From positions 1,312,001 to 1,376,000 of the forward strand of contig CAVRVY010000003.1 in NCBI GenBank assembly GCA_963724765.1: DNA of 64,000 nt, given 5' to 3'. The notes under the pieces are model-generated. The model was not told where the DNA came from. It saw only the letters and a program-made list of their open reading frames with translations, and ran no database searches. This document shows, piece by piece, positions 58,970-64,000 of this stretch. Every line of letters begins with the position of its first letter. Position 1 is the stretch's first letter. Both the position numbers and the translations under genes were made by a program. This DNA comes from an uncultured delta proteobacterium. Its GTDB lineage: Bacteria > Desulfobacterota > Binatia > Binatales > Binataceae.

Positions 58970-60073
58970 ATGACCTCGAGCAATCCGATCGCCGGCAGCC
59001 CCAACCGCCTCAAGCTCGGAGTTTTCGGACTCAACGTGAGCAGCGGCTGCGCGATGACCAGCGCGGCCGACACGCTCGAAATCGAGTGGGAGGAGTCGGT
59101 CAGGATCGCCCGCGCCGCCGAGGCCGCGGGAATCGAGGCGCTGGTGCCGGTGGCGCGATGGCGCGGGTTTGGCGGAGCGACCAACTTCAACCATCGCAGC
59201 TTCGAAACGCTGACGTGGGCCGCGGGCCTGGCCGCGGCGACCGAGCGCATCGGAATCTTCGCCACCGTGCACGTGCCAACCGTGCATCCGGTGCGCGCGG
59301 CCAAGGAAATCGCGACTATCGATCACATTTCGCGTGGCCGTTTCGCGCTCAACATCGTGGCTGGATGGAACGAACCCGAGATTCGGATGTTCGGCGTGTC
59401 GCAACGCGAGCACGATCAGCGCTACGCCTTCGCCGAAGAATTCACGACCCTGCTCAAGCGCTTGTGGACCGAGAACGAATTCGACTTCTCGGGGAATTTC
59501 TTTACCGTGCCAGGCGCCTACTCCGAGCCCAAGCCCGTACAGCGGCCGTGGCCGCTGATCATGAGCGCGGGCAACAGCCCGGCCGGCCGTGATTTCGCCG
59601 CGCGCCACGCCGATCTGAATTTTGCCCTGGGCCCCGACCTGCCGACGCTTGCCGCGACCTGCGCCGACATCAAGCGGCTCGCCCGCGAACGTTACGGACG
59701 CGCGATCAGCGTATTCACGATGGGTTACGTGGTCTGCCGCGAAACCGAGCGCGAAGCGCTCCGCTATCGCGACTACTATGTCAAGGAAAAAGGCGACTTC
59801 GACGCCGCGCACAATCTGCTCGAGACCCTGATTCCCAACTCGCAAAGCGCGCTCGGCGATCAGTACAAGGCGATGATCGAGAACTTTATCGCCGGCTACT
59901 CCGCCATGCCGCTGGTCGGAACGCCCGAGCAGGTGGTCGAGGGCATGAGCGAGATGGCGCGCGCAGGATTTGACGGCCTCACGCTAAGCTGGGTCGACTA
60001 CGACGAGGGTATCGCGCAGTACCGCGACCAGCTTCGCCCGTTGCTCATCCAGGCCGGCTTGCGCGTCGAGTAG
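58970..60073 (+). CDS. Luciferase-like flavin monooxygenase (RutA/SfnG-like)
   Basis: RWRGFGG, TIDHISRGRFALNIVAGW, PKP, AGNSPAG. Confidence 0.88.
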   Translation: MTSSNPIAGSPNRLKLGVFGLNVSSGCAMTSAADTLEIEWEESVRIARAAEAAGIEALVPVARWRGFGGATNFNHRSFETLTWAAGLAAATERIGIFATVHVPTVHPVRAAKEIATIDHISRGRFALNIVAGWNEPEIRMFGVSQREHDQRYAFAEEFTTLLKRLWTENEFDFSGNFFTVPGAYSEPKPVQRPWPLIMSAGNSPAGRDFAARHADLNFALGPDLPTLAATCADIKRLARERYGRAISVFTMGYVVCRETEREALRYRDYYVKEKGDFDAAHNLLETLIPNSQSALGDQYKAMIENFIAGYSAMPLVGTPEQVVEGMSEMARAGFDGLTLSWVDYDEGIAQYRDQLRPLLIQAGLRVE

Positions 60074-60234
60074 AATTTTTCGCGCGCGCTCAGATCGATC
60101 AGCAGTGATGCCGAATCGCTCAGATCCTCGACCATTATGGCGATCGTGCGGTCGAGCTCCAGTGCCGTGGCGGCGATTATCGGCGCGATGAGCAGGAACA
60201 GGAAAACTGCCGCAAACTTTGCCCGCAGGCTCAT
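60074..60234 (-). pseudogene. Probable truncated N-terminus of a membrane sensor (histidine kinase/cyclase)
   Basis: MSLRAKF plus one TM segment and the start of a helix, then the frame runs into the convergent LLM gene. Confidence 0.45.
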
Positions 60235-60250
60235 CTATATTGATGTGCCG

Positions 60251-60916
60251 CTAGGTGAACATCGCCGCGAGGCCCTTGGGCCGCACCAGCTTGCCCGCCG
60301 GTTTCAACTCCGTGGCCAGGCGTTCGAGCCGCTCTTTGAAGGCCCTGAGTTCCTCCACCTGGTGGCGCTCGAACTCGGCACGATCGAGCTTCGTCTCGCC
60401 CCGCTCGAAAGCTTCGCGGGCGAGCTTGCGCGGTCCCCAGAAGTCTTCGAACACCTTGCGCATCCCCTTGGCGATGGTGGTGTTAGGGACCCATGAGCCC
60501 TGGCACGACGGACAGTGGAAGACCACGCCAGCGTGGAAGTTGCGATAGGGCACGATGAATGGCTTGTCGCAATCCTTGCAGATGATCGGCACGTCCCATC
60601 CGAGCGGATCGAATTCGTCGACCGGCTGCGGCTTGGGCGGTGGCGGCGGCTGGGACGCCGCCGCTTTGGCGGCGGCAGGCTGCGGAGCGCCAGCAGCGGC
60701 GGCGGCGGGTTTCACCGCCGCCGCTGCTGGCGCGGGGGAAGCGGGCCCACCGCCGGCGCTGGGCCCGCTGATGCCCGCTGCGGCGGGCGCGCCATGCGCG
60801 TCCGCCGCAGCGGATGTGTCGGCGGCGGGCGCGGCGGGCTCGCCAACCGGCGCACCTTGCGACGCGTCGTTCTTGTCCTGTGGGCCGTTGTTGTCCCGGA
60901 GATCTTCGGGCGTCAT
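60251..60916 (-). CDS. Hypothetical protein: Ala/Pro-rich N-terminus, CxxC..CxxC zinc ribbon, helical tail
   Basis: CKDC-x17-CPSC; low-complexity first ~95 aa. Confidence 0.7.
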   Translation of the reverse strand: MTPEDLRDNNGPQDKNDASQGAPVGEPAAPAADTSAAADAHGAPAAAGISGPSAGGGPASPAPAAAAVKPAAAAAGAPQPAAAKAAASQPPPPPKPQPVDEFDPLGWDVPIICKDCDKPFIVPYRNFHAGVVFHCPSCQGSWVPNTTIAKGMRKVFEDFWGPRKLAREAFERGETKLDRAEFERHQVEELRAFKERLERLATELKPAGKLVRPKGLAAMFT

Positions 60917-61105
60917 CGATGCGTTAGCGCGCGCGTGGGCGCGCCTTCCTTCCTGTCAATTTATCAATGGGCTGGCAACCCATCAATTGCGCCAGCACCT
61001 TGCGGCAGCGATTGGCTACGCAATTGCGCGCCGCGGACTGCGCGGGGTTTCAGCTTTTAATCGCGCGCCGCTTTTGACTATGCTGGGTGGGATGCTGAAC
61101 CTCAG

Positions 61106-62155
61106 GTGCCGCGAGTGAAATTCGATCTCTTCTACCAGTTGCCATCGGCGGATTCGCAAAACCCGGCCGCGCGTTACCGCGAGCTGGTGGCCGAAGCGGT
61201 CGAGGCCGACCGGCTCGGCTTCGACACGTTGTGGCTGGCCGAGGTGCATTTCACGCCGCGCTTTTCGCTGATGCCTACGCCGCTGCTCCAGCTCGCCGCG
61301 ATCGCCGAGCTCACGACGCGGCTGCGCCTGGGAATCGCGGTCAATCTGCTCCCGCTGCATCATCCGGTGCGCCTGGCCGAGGAGATCGCGACGCTCGACG
61401 TGCTTTCGGGCGGGCGAGTCAACTTCGGCGCCGGGCGCGGCGCGTTTCCCAGCAATTACCACGGCTACGGCGTCGACCTGGCGACCAGCCGCGAGCGCTT
61501 CCAGGAGATGCTCACGTTCATCAAGCGCGCGTGGACCGAGGATCGCCTCGACTTTCGCGGGCGATTCTATGAGGTCGAGGGCGTCGAGGTGATTCCCAAG
61601 CCTGTGCAGCGGCCGCATCCGCCGTTTCGCCTCGCCGCCAATAGTCCCGACACCTTCAGCTTCGCCGGCGCCAACGCCTATCCGATTTTCGCTGGTGGAC
61701 CGGTGAATCCGATTAACGTGCTGCCGGAGCGGCTCGCGGTATATCGCGGCGCGCTGGAGACGGCGGGCAAGAAACTTCCCGAGGACTGGCTGGCGGCGAT
61801 GTTCCTGACCTTCGTGGGCAAGGACCAGGCCGCGGTGCGCGCGACAATCGGACCGAGCCTCGAAAACTACTTCCATACCATCACGGAAACTATACGGCCC
61901 GAGAGCCTCGCGCAGCCCGACGACTTCCAGCGCGTGGTGGAACGGATGCGCACGCTCAAGTACGAGAACGTGGATTCGCTGATGGGTGTGTTCGGCGAGC
62001 CGCAACGCTGTATCGATCGGATAGCCGCGCTCAGGGAAGAATTCGGGTTCACACGGATGGTCTGTTGGTTCGAGATCGGCGGCCTGACCGGCCATCGCAA
62101 TCTGATCGACGCGATGCGCATGTTCGCCGAACGCGTGATGCCCCACTTCGGTTGA
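61106..62155 (+). CDS. Luciferase-like flavin-dependent oxidoreductase
   Basis: WLAEVHF, HPVRLAEEIATLDVLSGGR, PKPVQRPHPP. Confidence 0.9.
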   Translation: MPRVKFDLFYQLPSADSQNPAARYRELVAEAVEADRLGFDTLWLAEVHFTPRFSLMPTPLLQLAAIAELTTRLRLGIAVNLLPLHHPVRLAEEIATLDVLSGGRVNFGAGRGAFPSNYHGYGVDLATSRERFQEMLTFIKRAWTEDRLDFRGRFYEVEGVEVIPKPVQRPHPPFRLAANSPDTFSFAGANAYPIFAGGPVNPINVLPERLAVYRGALETAGKKLPEDWLAAMFLTFVGKDQAAVRATIGPSLENYFHTITETIRPESLAQPDDFQRVVERMRTLKYENVDSLMGVFGEPQRCIDRIAALREEFGFTRMVCWFEIGGLTGHRNLIDAMRMFAERVMPHFG

Positions 62156-62187
62156 AAACAATTTGCTAGAGCAACCGCGAGGTTGGC

Positions 62188-63996
62188 TCAACCGTGGTCG
62201 GCCGCGCCGCCGCGTGCGCGCTCGGCGTGCGCGCTGCCGCCATTGCCGCCGTTGCCCAGCGAGCGCAGGATGTCGGTCTTGGTGATGATCCCCTCCAACT
62301 CTCCATCGCGGGATTCCGTGGCTGAGGTCACCAGCAGAATATGCGGCGCGTTCTCGCGCGCGAGCAAACGCAAGGCTTCGTCGAGTTCGGTGTCCGGTGT
62401 GATCCGGCTCACCTGGGAATCGGCGATATCGGCCACTCGCGTCTGTTCCCAGCGCTCCACCGGCACCTTGCTCAGCGCCCACACCGGCATCGTGCCGACG
62501 GTGCGCGCACCGTCGTAGACCGGGAAAATCGCATAGCGATGATGCGCCGCGACGCTGTCGGCAAAGGCGCGCAGTGTCGAGGAAGCCTGCACTCCCACCA
62601 CGTGGCGCTGCATCACGTCGCCGACCTTCATTCCGCCGAGTTCTCTGATGCGCGCCGCCTGGTGAAGGCGTTGATCGCCCGAGGCCGAGGCCTCGCCGGA
62701 GACCGCGTAAGCGATCGCCGCACCGATGAGCGTCGGAATGATGTAGGAATGGCTGCCGCTGGTCTCGGCGACGAAGACCACCGCCGCCAGCGGAGTCTTG
62801 TAGCCGGCCGCGATGAACGACGCCATCCCGACCGCTGCGAACAGGTCACCGCGCGGGGAATGTGCCACCAACTGAGCGAATGCCTTGCCGATTGCGCCTC
62901 CGCTCAGAAACAGCGGCACGAACATCGCGCTCACTCCGCCGCAGCCGAGCGAGAACAGTGTCGCCAGGAGCTTCACTATCGCGAACGTCACCAGCTCGCC
63001 CGAGGCGCGCGGATGGTTGAGGATCATGTCGACCGCTTCGTAATTGGGACCCAGCGGGATGAGCTTGCCGGGATAGAGCGTGACGTAGGCGAGGCCGCAA
63101 ATTCCCGTGAGCAGGCCGCCGATCAGCAGCTTGACCGTGTGCGGAGTGCGCAGGTTGACGAAAAAGTTGCGCGTGCGGCGGAAGCCATTGGTGAAGTTCA
63201 TCGAGATGAACCCGCAGATCACTCCCAGCAGGGCCGACCATAGCAGGTCGGTATCTGAAAACGGCGCGGCACCGCCGAAGGCGAACAACGGCGCTGTGCC
63301 CATGAAGGCGACCAGCACCGCGTAGGAAACCACCGAGGCGATGAGTGAGGGCAACAGCGCCTCGTGCGCGAGATCGTCCTTGTACGGCATCTCGAGCGCG
63401 AAGATGAGTCCGGTCAGCGGCGCGCGAAACACCGCCGCCATCCCGGCCGCTGCGCCGCTGATCAGCATGATGCGCCGGTCGCGCGGCTCGAGCTTCAGCC
63501 CAAAGCGCTTGAGCTTCGTCCACAGCCACGAGCCGATCGCGCCGCCGCCGTAGATGCTCGGCCCCTCCAGCGCTGCGCTGCCGCCGAAACCCACCGTGGT
63601 GACCGCGGCGAGCAGCTTGTACCAGAACGGATGTATGTCGATGTCGCCGTCGTGCTCGTGGTACGACTGGATGATCTCCTCGCTGGAATGGCTATCCGGG
63701 TCACGCGTCAAAAATTGCATGATGAGCCCGGTGAGCAGGAAGCCGAAGAGCGTCACCGGAATGATCGCGCCGTGATGGTTGAGCAGGAACGGAAGTATCA
63801 CGGGCCAGATGCCGCTTAGGATGAGCAGCGCGATGCCCGTGATTACGAGACCCGACGCCACTCCGATGAACGGTGCGACCAGCAGCCATTTCTGGATGTC
63901 GCGCGAGTAGGTCGCGGACAAATCCTCACTGACCAGCGCCGAACACTTGCGGATCAGCGGGTTGTCGAACCATCGCGAATTCCTTATCGACGCCAA
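62188..63996 (-). CDS. ClC chloride channel with C-terminal CBS pair (5' end may lie beyond the window)
   Basis: GGSAALEGP, FRAPLTG..FALE, CBS motifs including GIITKTDIL. Confidence 0.9.
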   Translation of the reverse strand: MASIRNSRWFDNPLIRKCSALVSEDLSATYSRDIQKWLLVAPFIGVASGLVITGIALLILSGIWPVILPFLLNHHGAIIPVTLFGFLLTGLIMQFLTRDPDSHSSEEIIQSYHEHDGDIDIHPFWYKLLAAVTTVGFGGSAALEGPSIYGGGAIGSWLWTKLKRFGLKLEPRDRRIMLISGAAAGMAAVFRAPLTGLIFALEMPYKDDLAHEALLPSLIASVVSYAVLVAFMGTAPLFAFGGAAPFSDTDLLWSALLGVICGFISMNFTNGFRRTRNFFVNLRTPHTVKLLIGGLLTGICGLAYVTLYPGKLIPLGPNYEAVDMILNHPRASGELVTFAIVKLLATLFSLGCGGVSAMFVPLFLSGGAIGKAFAQLVAHSPRGDLFAAVGMASFIAAGYKTPLAAVVFVAETSGSHSYIIPTLIGAAIAYAVSGEASASGDQRLHQAARIRELGGMKVGDVMQRHVVGVQASSTLRAFADSVAAHHRYAIFPVYDGARTVGTMPVWALSKVPVERWEQTRVADIADSQVSRITPDTELDEALRLLARENAPHILLVTSATESRDGELEGIITKTDILRSLGNGGNGGSAHAERARGGAADHG

Positions 63997-64000
63997 AAAT

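Overview
GC-rich bacterial chromosomal window. The gene content (several luciferase-like monooxygenases, SDRs, an amidohydrolase, a small GWxLxxPP...DPRL secreted protein) suggests a soil/peat lineage such as Binatota; that assignment is inference only. Four parts are visible. (1) 1-11.7 kb: ADH and SDR genes, a candidate sigma54-driven Cys/His mini-protein, and what looks like a decaying island between a tRNA 3'-end fragment (2724-2749) and tRNA-Sec (11593-11688, minus strand, non-canonical A73). The island carries tetR, a frameshifted RND adaptor and an RND pump, a GNAT, a cluster of hairpins, a low-GC TPR gene broken by an in-frame TAG, and a tyrosine-integrase C-terminal relic. (2) 12-17 kb: bluB, a DUF3047-like protein, a nitroreductase-fold orphan and a GH15. 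(3) 17.3-43.7 kb, minus strand: a ~26 kb polysaccharide locus combining Wza/Wzc/Wzy-like parts with a Wzm/Wzt ABC exporter, an O-antigen-ligase/TPR fusion, 10 GT4s, an HpsE-like GT2, methyltransferases, internally deleted gene relics and a leading secreted Gly/Ser-rich protein. (4) 44-64 kb: fused EtfB-EtfA, a BtuFCD-like ABC importer, and mixed metabolic genes (double MaoC, HAD, phosphoesterase, EthD, SDRs, amidohydrolase, AllA-like cupin, two LLMs, ClC-CBS). All calls were made by eye from motifs; no database search was run.
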